In this document: in pieces, positions 1 to 9,578 of the stretch | Layout of the letters: every line of letters starts with the position of its first letter | Position numbering within the stretch: the first letter of the stretch is position 1 | Source of the DNA: Candidatus Parvarchaeota archaeon | GTDB lineage: Archaea > Nanobdellota > Nanobdellia > Parvarchaeales > Parvarchaeaceae | DNA length: 64,000 bases | Assembly: GCA_023380615.1 (NCBI GenBank) | Contig: JAMCRO010000019.1 | Span: 1,706 to 65,705 of the forward strand | Reading direction: 5' to 3' | Program-made: the position numbers and the translations under genes | Notes under the pieces: model-generated | The model's input: only the letters and a program-made list of their open reading frames with translations | Databases searched by the model: none | Told to the model about the DNA's origin: nothing

Positions 1-383
1 TTCGCATTTACAGCGGCTGCTGATAAGGTTAAAGTGTTTAGAGACGGAAAATATGATTTAACTGCAGATATCAAGGCTGAGTTGGCTGAGGAGTTTAATG
101 ATGTTGAATTTGAAGAATTTGTGATTGTAGTTGTAGTTTTGTGGTTTAATCCTAGTGTATTTCTTATTAGAGCTCTTACTCCCAATATATTAAAATGGTA
201 TAGCACATAAGCCAGTATAAGCAATAGTATTATGACTATTACTGCAATTACAACATATTTATTAATTTTTTTTGGATTATTACCAGTAGTTTCTAATTTT
301 TCATCAGAAGGAAACACGTTTATGTCTTTATCTCCCGCATTTATAGTCTCTTGATTTGTATTTTTGTCTTCAGGGTTATCCAT
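1..383 (-). CDS. membrane-anchored Ser/Thr/Asn-rich surface (glyco)protein, N-terminal part; gene runs off the window start
   Basis: Minus-strand translation from ATG (rc of cat 381-383) gives MDNPEDKNTNQETINAGDKDINVFPSDEKLETTGNNPKKINKYVVIAVIVIILLLILAYVLYHFNILGVRALIRNTLGL... This matches the 1955..3109 protein (KINKYIVIAVVVIIILLIIAYFLYHYNILGVRIFVRHTLGL) in sequence and architecture: acidic/polar N-tail, one TM, then a T/S/N-rich region. It is absent from the ORF track only because it is truncated by the window edge. Confidence 0.55.
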   Translation of the reverse strand, partial: MDNPEDKNTNQETINAGDKDINVFPSDEKLETTGNNPKKINKYVVIAVIVIILLLILAYVLYHFNILGVRALIRNTLGLNHKTTTTITNSSNSTSLNSSANSALISAVKSYFPSLNTLTLSAAAVNA

Positions 384-597
384 GACTATTAAATTTTGTT
401 TTGCTATTTAAAGTTTATTTTGATTTGTATTTTAAATTTTTTATGACAATATTAAACCCCTTTTCGTGTTTGAAAAATTATAGGATAATGAGATTATATT
501 TCATATAAGCTAATGATCTGTTTATATAAAACACTGCTGGAAGTAAAAACCAACTTATGATAAGAATTGACCTAAAAATTAACTATTTAACATAAAA

Positions 598-1401
598 ATG
601 TTTCATAACAAAATGGATGAAAAATCTGAATTAATTAAAATGTTTGATTTAACCGGAAAATCGGCTATAGTAACAGGGGCTTCAAGCGGCTTGGGCATAA
701 GTTTTACAGAGGCCTTAGCAGAGGCTGGTGCCGATGTTGTGATCTGTGCTAGAAGGGACGAAAAATTAATAGAAAACGCGGACAGAATAAGCAAGTACAC
801 AAATAGGAAAATAATACCTGTAAAGGCAGATTTGACAAAAGAAGAGGACATAATAAATGTTGTTAAGGTTGCTGAGGAAAAACTCCAGAAAATAGACATA
901 CTTATAAACAATGCCGGCTCCGCCGTAGCAGGCCCTTCTTTAAATCTAAAGAAAGAAGATTGGCAAAAAGTACTTGATGTCGATATCTCTGCAGTGTTTA
1001 TCTTTTCACAGAAAGTGATAGCAAGCATGATTGCTCACAATGTAAAAGGCAGCATAATAAACATAGCGTCCATTTATGGGTTGTTTGGTGACATAATACC
1101 TGCAGCACCGTACTACGCAAGTAAGGGCGCAGTGGTTAATCTTACAAGGGCAATGGCAGTTGAATTTGCCGGCCAGAATATACGGATAAATGCAATTGCC
1201 CCTGGCTTTTTCCCGAGTGAGATGACAAACGACTTATTAAAAGACAGAGCAGTTCTTGATCATATTACGCAGAGAACCCCGATGGGAAGAGTAGGTAATC
1301 CTAATGAACTTAAGGGCGCAGCAGTATTTCTTGCCTCAAATGCTTCTTCTTATGTTACAGGGCATATTCTCGCAGTTGACGGGGGATGGAGTTCGGTCTG
1401 A
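598..1401 (+). CDS. short-chain dehydrogenase/reductase (SDR) family oxidoreductase
   Basis: N-terminal Rossmann motif TGASSGLGIS, NNAG motif, catalytic YxxxK (YYASKGAV) and the length (267 aa) are typical of classical SDRs such as gluconate 5-dehydrogenase or 3-oxoacyl-ACP reductase. Confidence 0.85.
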   Translation: MFHNKMDEKSELIKMFDLTGKSAIVTGASSGLGISFTEALAEAGADVVICARRDEKLIENADRISKYTNRKIIPVKADLTKEEDIINVVKVAEEKLQKIDILINNAGSAVAGPSLNLKKEDWQKVLDVDISAVFIFSQKVIASMIAHNVKGSIINIASIYGLFGDIIPAAPYYASKGAVVNLTRAMAVEFAGQNIRINAIAPGFFPSEMTNDLLKDRAVLDHITQRTPMGRVGNPNELKGAAVFLASNASSYVTGHILAVDGGWSSV

Positions 1402-1509
1402 TCACATACGGCAGAGTCAAAAGATAAGAATTTAAAGTATTACATTGAAAATTACAGAAACTTAAGGGATGTAACTCTATGTTATCTTTTTGATAAAAAG
1501 ACAAATAAA

Positions 1510-1941
1510 GTGCTCATAGCAATGAAGAAAAGAGGATTCGGTGCCGGAAAGCTTAACGGTGTAGGCGGAAAAGTTGAAAAAGGAGAAAGCATAACCGATG
1601 CACTTGTTAGGGAAACAAAGGAAGAAATAAATGTAAATCTTAAGGAATTTGAAAAAGTTGCAGTAATAAATTTCTACTTTAAGAACAATCCAGTTGACAA
1701 GGACTTTAATCAGAGAGCACACGTATTTATTGCTTACAGATGGGATGGAGAGCCTGCTGAAAGTGAGGAAATGGCTCCGCAGTGGATAGATATCAAAAGA
1801 TTGCCGCTTGAAAAGATGTGGTCTGATGATAAATATTGGCTGCCTGAGATAATCTCGGGTAAAAAGCTTATTGCGTCTTTTTTATTCAACGATGAAAATG
1901 GTATAGCAGAGATGGATCTAAAGGAAGTAAAAGGCTTTTAA
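1510..1941 (+). CDS. NUDIX hydrolase (MutT-like)
   Basis: Nudix box GKVEKGESITDALVRETKEEINV (GX5EX7REUXEEXGU). The first codon at 1510 is GTG; an in-frame ATG follows 4 codons later. Confidence 0.8.
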   Translation: MLIAMKKRGFGAGKLNGVGGKVEKGESITDALVRETKEEINVNLKEFEKVAVINFYFKNNPVDKDFNQRAHVFIAYRWDGEPAESEEMAPQWIDIKRLPLEKMWSDDKYWLPEIISGKKLIASFLFNDENGIAEMDLKEVKGF

Positions 1942-1954
1942 TTCCTTTAATGCA

Positions 1955-3109
1955 TTATTTGGTAAACTCCTGAAGAGTAACGCCTTTAATGAAGTTATTG
2001 AATCCTGAATTGAGTTCATTTACATAGTTGTTTCCATCAGAAAGAGCCGATATTTCATAAAGACTGGAATTGTCTACCGCAAGGACTGTTATCACCTCTG
2101 ATTGATTGACTTTAACTAAATATGGGGAGAACTTTACTAGGCCTACAAACCCGCTAAGGCTGCTTATGCTATAATTCGTTCCTATGTTAAAATCATTTTC
2201 GTATTCACTTGCATTGCATTTTTCTTCCGGAAAAAGAACATTAAAGGTTTCATTTGGTTTTATGACTGCTATAGAAGAGTTGAATACTGTGCTGTTTAAA
2301 GGGGTCATATTAGCAATTGAATAGATCGAAGCATTTGTTATTTTAACTGTCTGATTCAATTTACTCCGTAGACTAGCATCAAATCCTGAACTATTGCATT
2401 TGTATCCCGTCAGATTAAATGCTCCATAAGATTCAGAAAGCGAGGAATTCGAAGGAGGAGTGGTATTCTCTATTGCCTCAACTGCAGGTATGCCTCCAAC
2501 AGTTATGTTATAAAGCTTTTGGGAATTGGACAAAGCATAATAGTAGTAGCTAAGGCTTTCGTTGTTTTTCAGGGTTCCCAGTAAAAGAAGCATTCCATTT
2601 AACCCCTCTGGAGAAGAGCCATTTTCAATTGCTGTTGCAGCATTTCCCGTGCCGAAAAGTACGTAGCTTTCAAAAGAAGTTGAATTAAGTCCTTCTGCGT
2701 TTTCAGCCTTCAATGAAAGGTTTATCCTATTAATACCAGCAAAATTACTTGAAATTAATGTATTTAGAGCTGAGTTTGCAGCAGTATTAGTAGTAGAGCT
2801 AGGCGTGCTTAAACCCAGAGTGTGTCTTACAAAGATCCTTACTCCTAATATGTTGTAGTGATAAAGGAAATATGCAATTATAAGAAGGATTATGATAACG
2901 ACTACTGCAATTACTATATATTTATTAATCTTGATTTCACTGCCAGGACTATTAGGTATGCTATCATCAGAAGGAAGCACATTGCTATTGGAAGATTTTT
3001 CCTCTTTATTATTTTGACCGTTATCTGCGGGAACATTTTTACTGTTGTTATCTGCAGGCGTACTTTCCTTCTCTGTTTTATTGGTTGGATTACTGGGTAC
3101 TTCGTCCAT
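1955..3109 (-). CDS. type-II membrane-anchored Ser/Thr/Asn-rich surface glycoprotein
   Basis: An 80-aa polar N-tail (NPTNKTEKESTPADNNSKN...) is followed by one hydrophobic TM (YIVIAVVVIIILLIIAYFLY) and about 300 aa of S/T/N-rich sequence with many N-x-S/T sequons. It is a paralog of the partial gene at 1..383. Confidence 0.7.
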   Translation of the reverse strand: MDEVPSNPTNKTEKESTPADNNSKNVPADNGQNNKEEKSSNSNVLPSDDSIPNSPGSEIKINKYIVIAVVVIIILLIIAYFLYHYNILGVRIFVRHTLGLSTPSSTTNTAANSALNTLISSNFAGINRINLSLKAENAEGLNSTSFESYVLFGTGNAATAIENGSSPEGLNGMLLLLGTLKNNESLSYYYYALSNSQKLYNITVGGIPAVEAIENTTPPSNSSLSESYGAFNLTGYKCNSSGFDASLRSKLNQTVKITNASIYSIANMTPLNSTVFNSSIAVIKPNETFNVLFPEEKCNASEYENDFNIGTNYSISSLSGFVGLVKFSPYLVKVNQSEVITVLAVDNSSLYEISALSDGNNYVNELNSGFNNFIKGVTLQEFTK

Positions 3110-3213
3110 TTTATATCAAAATTTTGGTGATATTTAAACGTTATCTATAACACTAGCAAGGATATTTTTAATACCAAATGATTTAAATATTCCGATTACT
3201 TAAAAAATATCTT

Positions 3214-3726
3214 ATGATGGATAAAATCAGAGAGATGAGCGGATTAACCGACAGAAATATAGTTGATTTTCTTGAAATTAAAAATGGATATAGCATTATT
3301 GATATCGGAGGAAGGGACGGCTTCTTCAGCAAAAAAATGCTGGAAAAAACCAATGATGTCAGTGTTTTGGATTTGAATGATATGTATTTTGACGAACTTA
3401 AACAAGCTGGCATAAAAACCATAAAGGCAGACATTTGTGATTACTCTTCTGGATCATTTGATTTAGTTTTCATGTCAAACGTTTACCATGATCTTGTGCA
3501 GGAATGCGGCAATAAAGCCTTGAAAAATATAAACAAAATTGCAAAGAGATACATAGCCATACTCGATTTCAAGCCGGAAGATACCATGTTCGGCCCTCCT
3601 GTAAGCATAAGACTAAGCAAGGAGAAGGTCATAGCTGATCTGGAAAGCATACACTTCAAACTATTAAAAGAGAAGGAGTTAAAATATCATTACTTTCTAT
3701 TTTTTGAGCGGGAAAACAAGGATTAA
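3214..3726 (+). CDS. small class I SAM-dependent methyltransferase
   Basis: Motif I-like IIDIGGRDGFF, followed by an acidic loop (VLDLNDMY) and a motif IV-like DLVFMSNVYHDL. 170 aa. Confidence 0.55.
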   Translation: MMDKIREMSGLTDRNIVDFLEIKNGYSIIDIGGRDGFFSKKMLEKTNDVSVLDLNDMYFDELKQAGIKTIKADICDYSSGSFDLVFMSNVYHDLVQECGNKALKNINKIAKRYIAILDFKPEDTMFGPPVSIRLSKEKVIADLESIHFKLLKEKELKYHYFLFFERENKD

Positions 3727-3759
3727 AGTTATAAATATATACTCTAATCTTTAAATTTA

Positions 3760-4401
3760 ATGGTCTTAAGCCAAGTATTGATCCAAGAAGAAAGGGACCG
3801 TAAGATAATCAAGAAAAAGTACAATGGATTTAATTCTTACAAGTGGATTTTATCCCCGTTATTCCAGCTATTTTACCCGTTTGCTGCTTTGTCAAAAAGC
3901 AGGCTTGAAAGGGAACTAGAGTTCCTGAATTCCAACAACGATATAAAAAAGCCAAAAGTCTACTCTTTTGATCTTAGCAATAAAGAGCTAAATAGAGAGT
4001 ACGTTGACGGAAAAGTAGATTACTGCGAGGGGTCGAAATTAGGAAAATTGTTTTCAGATATACACAAAGAAGGTTATTCTCTTGGAGATTCAAAGCTTGA
4101 TAACTTTATATGTAATTCCGAAGGAGCATATATAATAGATTCGGAACAGGCAATAAAAACCAATAAGGAAAGGTACAGGTATTGGGATGTATCTCTGTTA
4201 ATACTGTCGGCTGCATACTATAACTATTCAAATAAATCAGGTTTTAAGGGTTTTCTGGACGGCTTTTCAAAGGAATATAAATACTGGCAGGATTACCAGA
4301 AAAAAGCAATAAAAGGAGTGTATTCACTGCTGTTTATTTTTATGCCTGTTCAGCATATTCCTAGCTTAAAAAGTGCATTATACAAAGTAAATCCCAATTG
4401 A
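3760..4401 (+). CDS. divergent RIO/Bud32/Kdo-type small atypical protein kinase-like protein
   Basis: A catalytic-loop-like LGDSKLDNFI (xGDxxxxN) and IIDSEQA (compare IDFGQA/S of RIO kinases) are present. The size is right for this family. The call is by motif only. Confidence 0.4.
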   Translation: MVLSQVLIQEERDRKIIKKKYNGFNSYKWILSPLFQLFYPFAALSKSRLERELEFLNSNNDIKKPKVYSFDLSNKELNREYVDGKVDYCEGSKLGKLFSDIHKEGYSLGDSKLDNFICNSEGAYIIDSEQAIKTNKERYRYWDVSLLILSAAYYNYSNKSGFKGFLDGFSKEYKYWQDYQKKAIKGVYSLLFIFMPVQHIPSLKSALYKVNPN

Positions 4402-4409
4402 TAAATTTT

Positions 4410-4964
4410 CTATTTTTTCAACCTTATAGCCCATTCCGCAAGCTTTTGCACAAGGTCCTTTATTAATGTCACAGTATCTTCGTCAACAAACAGGCCGTTT
4501 TCAATCTTTTCGCCCGCTCCTCCTATAAAAATCTGAGGTCTTTCAAGGGGATGCGCATTGAGAAATGAAAATATCTGTCTTAGATGGTACTGTGCTACTG
4601 CAGTTCCGATTATAGCACCGCCGCTTGCTCCTATTGTTGCAACGGCTTTGTCATCAAACGAATTGTCACCGTAAGGCCTAGAAGCCCAATCTATTGCATT
4701 TTTTAGAACTCCGGGTATGGATCTATCATATTCAGGTGTAGCTATCAATACTGCATCTGCCTTCTTTATCTTTTCCTTGAAGATCTTTACGCTTTCAGGC
4801 ATTCCCTTTTCCTCATCTTGATTGAACAGAGGTATGTCTTTCAAGTCAAGTATCTCTATTTCTATGTTTTCAGGCGCGTATTTCTTAGCGGTGTTTATTA
4901 TTGCCTTGTTGAATGAGTCCTTTCTAAGGCTTCCAGCGATTGCTGCTATTCTTATTTTTTCCAT
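4410..4964 (-). CDS. NAD(P)H-dependent FMN reductase family flavoprotein
   Basis: The N-terminus MEKIRIAAIAGSLRKDSFNK and the overall flavodoxin-like pattern match NADPH-dependent FMN reductase / ChrR / SsuE-like proteins. Confidence 0.75.
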   Translation of the reverse strand: MEKIRIAAIAGSLRKDSFNKAIINTAKKYAPENIEIEILDLKDIPLFNQDEEKGMPESVKIFKEKIKKADAVLIATPEYDRSIPGVLKNAIDWASRPYGDNSFDDKAVATIGASGGAIIGTAVAQYHLRQIFSFLNAHPLERPQIFIGGAGEKIENGLFVDEDTVTLIKDLVQKLAEWAIRLKK

Positions 4965-5020
4965 TTTTTAATCATGCATTGAATGAATATAAATCTTTTG
5001 ATAATATCGTAGGAGCGATA

Positions 5021-6088
5021 TTACCTTGTAAAGGAAAGAATGTCTGTTCTTATGTTGTTAAGCCTGTCCAAAGGAAAGCTGTATAACTCATCAAATTTAA
5101 GGCCGAAGTCTGCAAAGAACTGCTTGTAAGAATCCAAAGCCTTTATGGAATGACGATAGGCTATGTATGATGAAGGCAATATGTGGTGTTTTATGCTAAG
5201 CGGTGAGAACACCAGTTTTCCGCCCGGATTAATTGAAGAAAGAATACTTTGTGCAAATAAGATATAAGAAGGCTGGTATATGAAAGAGTTCAATGCTACT
5301 ATGCCATTGTATCTTTTGTTTGAATGGAAACTCTCCGCTATTCCTCTGATGAAATGCACTTTACTGCCGAAATTTTTAATAAGATGGTATCTTGATTCGG
5401 GAGAAAGTTCAACAATGTCAACGCTGCCGAATTTTTCTATTAACCTTTTCGTTATTTCTCCAAATCCAGGGTTTATCTGCAGTATCGGTGCTTTAATCCT
5501 GTCTAAGATACTTCCAATTTTGTCTGCCAGTCTTTTATCAAGATAGTTTTTATACTTATAGAAAGGTGAGAGTTTTCCGGACCAATAGGAAAACTGCTCA
5601 AAGGAATAAACAGCGCGGTTGTCAAAGGCATTTTTTATCCTATAGTACTCTGCTTTTAATACTGGAAAACGAAGTGAAAGGAAATACATTGCATCTACTA
5701 CCCTCCAGCTTACGTTGAGCATTGTTTTTATATCACTTATTTTTACCCATTTTACTCCAAGCGTTTCCTTATCCTTCAAATCAGTTGCCTTTGGCTCACC
5801 GGAAAATGAAGTTGACAGGAAAAAATGGTTTATTTCCGTGTTTATCCAATGTATCCCCTGGTTCTTTGCACCCAGCCACATGGGGTTCTTTATGTCTATA
5901 TCTACTTCTTCCTTTGTTTCCCTTTTGACAGCTTCTTCAGGTGTTTCCCCCTCTTCCATTCCGCCGCCGGGAACCTCCCAAATACGGCCATGCTTTGCTT
6001 TTCTTAAATCAAGAAGTATGTAGTTTCCCTTTTTGACTATGCTTATTGCTGCCTGTCCTTCCAGCCGTTCCATATAATAACAGAACAT
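5021..6088 (-). CDS. NUDIX hydrolase domain fused to a KsgA/Erm-like (rRNA adenine dimethylase family) methyltransferase-like domain
   Basis: The N-terminal half carries a Nudix box (PGGGMEEGETPEEAVKRETKEEVDID). The C-terminal half carries ILQINPGFGEITKRL...VDIVELSPE, which resembles the KsgA/Erm SAM-binding motif (EIGPGxGxLT ... aiE.D). Confidence 0.55.
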   Translation of the reverse strand: MFCYYMERLEGQAAISIVKKGNYILLDLRKAKHGRIWEVPGGGMEEGETPEEAVKRETKEEVDIDIKNPMWLGAKNQGIHWINTEINHFFLSTSFSGEPKATDLKDKETLGVKWVKISDIKTMLNVSWRVVDAMYFLSLRFPVLKAEYYRIKNAFDNRAVYSFEQFSYWSGKLSPFYKYKNYLDKRLADKIGSILDRIKAPILQINPGFGEITKRLIEKFGSVDIVELSPESRYHLIKNFGSKVHFIRGIAESFHSNKRYNGIVALNSFIYQPSYILFAQSILSSINPGGKLVFSPLSIKHHILPSSYIAYRHSIKALDSYKQFFADFGLKFDELYSFPLDRLNNIRTDILSFTR

Positions 6089-6148
6089 ACAGTACTAATA
6101 TGTTTTATGGGTAAAAGGATATATAGAGTACGCTGCAATAATAAATGA

Positions 6149-7357
6149 ATGAATGACACAAGTAAAGAAGAAAAAACATTCAAATTCTTTTTATTATCAA
6201 GAGCATCCAGGAGTGTAGCCTTAATATTTGTCACATTATCCCTACCTCTTTACCTGTTTGCACTTCATTATAACATAATCTCAATAGGCATAATCTACTT
6301 CGTTATAATGGCGTTCAATGCCGGCCTGTCGGTTCTTCTTGGTGCATTAGGCGACAGGGTAGGGTATAAAAAATCACTAATAATCGGGGAGGTTTTTCCC
6401 CTTGCGGCTTTGGTATTGCTTGCCCTTTCAGTCAATTTCTTTGTCATAGTCATAGCCGCAATAATTGGAGGAATAGCAGGCGCTGCCGGTGGGATGCGCG
6501 GGACTTTCTCACCTGGATCTACGGCACTCATAGTAAGCAATTGGAAAGACGGCAAAGAGAGGGTAAAAAAACTGGCTTATACAACTTACGTTGGCTCTGC
6601 ATTTGCCATATTCGGCAGCCTAATGCTTTATCTTAAGTCTTTTTTTGTCAGTTCTGTCGGAATAATAGGCAGTTTCAGGTTGTTATTTGGATTCTCTGCT
6701 TTTATGGTTTTAATATCCCTGCTTGCACTGCTGTTTGTTGCAGAGGTAAAAAGACCAAAAAAGACGACCAGAGTGATGAAAAAAGGAAGCATGCACTATT
6801 CTCTTAAAGTTATTCTTGCCAATTCATTCAACGGCTTTGGATTAGGAATGGCACTGCCACTTCTTCCCTTATGGTTTGAACTGCGTTTCGGCGTAAACAG
6901 CAGCCTTATTGGTATAATATATACTATTTCATACGCGGCTACTGCAATTGCCGCATTCGCAGCATCAAAGAAAGCTTATTCCCCAAGATTTTCAATGCTT
7001 TTCACTGCTTCTTATACAAGGACCCTGCAGGGAGTAATGCTCATAATAATAGCATTTTCTCCACTGTTTATTATCTCATCCTTTTTCTTTGCTTTTCGTT
7101 CATTTATAGCAGGTTTTGGCTCCCCTTCCAGAAGTGCAGTAAACATGAGCGGAGTTGATTCTCAGGATTACGGCACTGCATCAAGTGTAATGGGCCTTGC
7201 GAACAGACTGGCGCAAACAAGCTCAGGTTTATCCGGTTACTTAATGGACATTTCCCTGCCATTTCCGGTTCTTTTCGGAGGTATACTTCAATCTGTTGGA
7301 GGGTTTATCTACTTCAAGGTATTGTCCTCCAATAAAAAAAGGGTTTATAAGCGATGA
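6149..7357 (+). CDS. MFS transporter
   Basis: 402 aa with about 12 predicted hydrophobic helices and a typical MFS loop (LGDRVGYKKS) between TM2 and TM3. Confidence 0.75.
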   Translation: MNDTSKEEKTFKFFLLSRASRSVALIFVTLSLPLYLFALHYNIISIGIIYFVIMAFNAGLSVLLGALGDRVGYKKSLIIGEVFPLAALVLLALSVNFFVIVIAAIIGGIAGAAGGMRGTFSPGSTALIVSNWKDGKERVKKLAYTTYVGSAFAIFGSLMLYLKSFFVSSVGIIGSFRLLFGFSAFMVLISLLALLFVAEVKRPKKTTRVMKKGSMHYSLKVILANSFNGFGLGMALPLLPLWFELRFGVNSSLIGIIYTISYAATAIAAFAASKKAYSPRFSMLFTASYTRTLQGVMLIIIAFSPLFIISSFFFAFRSFIAGFGSPSRSAVNMSGVDSQDYGTASSVMGLANRLAQTSSGLSGYLMDISLPFPVLFGGILQSVGGFIYFKVLSSNKKRVYKR

Positions 7358-7372
7358 TTTTTTTAAGGTATA

Positions 7373-7933
7373 ATGGGCTTAGATTCCATAATTGAAGATG
7401 AAAACAAAGAGATTCCTATAAAGAAAAATCTCAAATATTATGTTGGCAAGGCTTCTTCCGGCTTAAAAAGATTCTATAAAGACAACCTATCAGTTAAATT
7501 CAAGCTTCTTTATGAAAGTGCGGCCATGTTTTCTGATAGGATACTTACTTATTTTGGCCTTGAATACCAGAGTGGGCAGGAAGCCAACCCGATTATGGCA
7601 AAGCTGTTCAATTACATAGGAATAATCCCTGCTGCTATAAGCTCCTACATAATAGCGAACGTTTCTCTGTATGTTTTTTCTTCCAAAATGCATAAAAAAG
7701 TTGGTTTACAAAATAGGCAAATGCTCGGAAGCATATATTTAGGCATGGGTGGAGCGGAATCTCTGGTCTCGCTGCACAATTATCTTTCAATTAACAACTA
7801 CAATGATATAATAGCAAACATGGGCTATCTGCAATCGTTTATACCTCTTTCAGTAATCTGCGTTTCCCCTTTTTTATATTACTGGAGCAAGGAATACCTG
7901 CATAAAAAGAAAGAAGCTAAAACAAATCTTTAG
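7373..7933 (+). CDS. hypothetical protein with C-terminal hydrophobic segments
   Basis: The ORF is intact and starts 16 nt after the MFS gene. No family was recognised. Confidence 0.4.
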   Translation: MGLDSIIEDENKEIPIKKNLKYYVGKASSGLKRFYKDNLSVKFKLLYESAAMFSDRILTYFGLEYQSGQEANPIMAKLFNYIGIIPAAISSYIIANVSLYVFSSKMHKKVGLQNRQMLGSIYLGMGGAESLVSLHNYLSINNYNDIIANMGYLQSFIPLSVICVSPFLYYWSKEYLHKKKEAKTNL

Positions 7934-8805
7934 AGATCGAACTGTAAATTAAATACATGCAGGTCCTTTGATTTTTCTATCGGCCTTAACTTTGGTACAT
8001 ATTTGCCGGAAACCCTTATTTCTGCCTTTTTGAATCCATCAACGGCCGCAATGTACCCGTTATTGTTTATAGCACTCTCAGTAGAGGAATTACCGCATGA
8101 AGACAATATCTGGAGGTCTAAATTGTCTATGCCGTATTTTTTCAGTATGCCTGCATCGGCGCATATCTCAACCGAGGTGTTTATGCCGTTGAAGTTTATT
8201 ACAGGGTTTTTGCCATAGGATAATGAATAGTTTCTTTTTTCGTATTCTTTATATTTTGTTTCAGAGGGGTATAACTTTAATGCCCCTTCCAAATTAAAAT
8301 TTGAGCTAAGGCCATCGTTGAACTTATAAACGCTCTTTATCACCTCTCCGTTCCTTAATATGGGCATTACGTTGTACAGCGCCCTTTTTTCATCGTAAAA
8401 CATCGCGGTTCCTGGAAAAATGAGCATGTCCGAGCCTCTGCTTGCCAGTTTAAGCCCTTTTAGCAGTTTTTCATACTCTCTCTTTGAGTAAGGTATACTG
8501 GGAACATTTTCAAATACCGACCCATTATCTATTTGTTCTTCAAGGATTTTTCTTGCATCCCTTGGTGCATATTCACTGTAATCAGGCGCATTAAACAGCA
8601 CTTTAATTGCATCCTTTGCCTTGCTATTTCTGATAAATTTTCTAGGATATACTCCCGAAATGGATGTAAGACTCCATTCCGGCCCTACCAATATGTCTAT
8701 TTCTCTGTCTTTAGCATTATAGATGTTGCTAATTACTTCATAAGGATTTCCATTGTAATTAGTTTCAATGTTATTCATTGCCCCAAGAAGCATTTCTATT
8801 TTCAT
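7930..8805 (-). CDS. divergent carbon-nitrogen hydrolase (nitrilase superfamily)-like protein, paralog of 28391..29188
   Basis: It shares DI(L/I)VGPEWSL, EICAD(A/S)G(I/V)L and LDLQIL(S/V)S with the other copy. This is consistent with a Glu (PE) ... Lys ... Cys (ICxD) triad arrangement. The call is inference only. Confidence 0.4.
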   Translation of the reverse strand: MKIEMLLGAMNNIETNYNGNPYEVISNIYNAKDREIDILVGPEWSLTSISGVYPRKFIRNSKAKDAIKVLFNAPDYSEYAPRDARKILEEQIDNGSVFENVPSIPYSKREYEKLLKGLKLASRGSDMLIFPGTAMFYDEKRALYNVMPILRNGEVIKSVYKFNDGLSSNFNLEGALKLYPSETKYKEYEKRNYSLSYGKNPVINFNGINTSVEICADAGILKKYGIDNLDLQILSSCGNSSTESAINNNGYIAAVDGFKKAEIRVSGKYVPKLRPIEKSKDLHVFNLQFDL

Positions 8806-8866
8806 TTTCTCTATTAGAAAGTAAATAATATTAATAGTTTTTGCTTCCTTAGAAACTAAAAATTAA

Positions 8867-9508
8867 TTAAGGAGGAGCTGCGAGGTGGGCAGGAACCGCG
8901 GCTCCACCAATATAGGCTGCAAGTATCGAGCCTAAGGTTAAGAAAAGTAAAAAGAGTACTATGTAAATTATCCAGCTTTTATTCAATGGTTTATTGCTAC
9001 CATTTTCCCTATACCTATCCATTGCCAGTGTAGTCGGATAAGCGAATATGCCCGCAATACCGAAAGCAGTGTATAGTCCAAGAAGTGCTATTGGAGAACT
9101 GGTATACCCTAGATTATAGCCGGAAATGCCGTATTCTATCAGCACTAAGCCCATAAACAATGCAATAAGTCCAACATACTGCAGTTTTTGGTTATATTTA
9201 ACGGATAACACGAATCCAAGAGTAAGTATGCCTAACATTATAAATGGATCATAGAATAGTAAATCATATGCACCCGGTAAATTCCAAGTCATTTCTCCAT
9301 AAAAGCCCATTACAAGAATGAATACCGCTATGGCTGCAAACATAAATATTGAACCCTGTAAATGCGATTCTATGCTCAATTTTGAATTTGATTTATTTAC
9401 ATACCTTGCTCTGTAATCCCTGTAAATAGAAATTACAGTATAATCCATAAGAAATCCGATGAATGCAACGAAGAATAATGATAATGCCAATTCATCTATA
9501 AATCCCAT
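8867..9508 (-). CDS. polytopic membrane protein, function unknown
   Basis: Six hydrophobic helices. It lies directly downstream of the cytochrome b-like gene on the same strand. Confidence 0.45.
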   Translation of the reverse strand: MGFIDELALSLFFVAFIGFLMDYTVISIYRDYRARYVNKSNSKLSIESHLQGSIFMFAAIAVFILVMGFYGEMTWNLPGAYDLLFYDPFIMLGILTLGFVLSVKYNQKLQYVGLIALFMGLVLIEYGISGYNLGYTSSPIALLGLYTAFGIAGIFAYPTTLAMDRYRENGSNKPLNKSWIIYIVLFLLFLTLGSILAAYIGGAAVPAHLAAPP

Positions 9509-9578
9509 AGCTAATGAAGCATTTCTTTGATTATAAAGCCTTACTATTCATTTGGTTATTATTTAAGAGGCATAATTT

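Noticed and set aside
603-1028. 141-aa minus-strand ORF
   Set aside because: It is fully antisense to the SDR gene, whose motifs are unambiguous. This is a shadow ORF.
8871-8910. Unusually GC-rich stretch (ggaggagctgcgaggtgggcaggaaccgcggctccacc), considered as a possible tRNA or ncRNA fragment
   Set aside because: It lies inside the 3' end of the 8867..9508 CDS (encoding ...AAVPAHLAAPP). No cloverleaf could be drawn and no flanking RNA-gene context is present.
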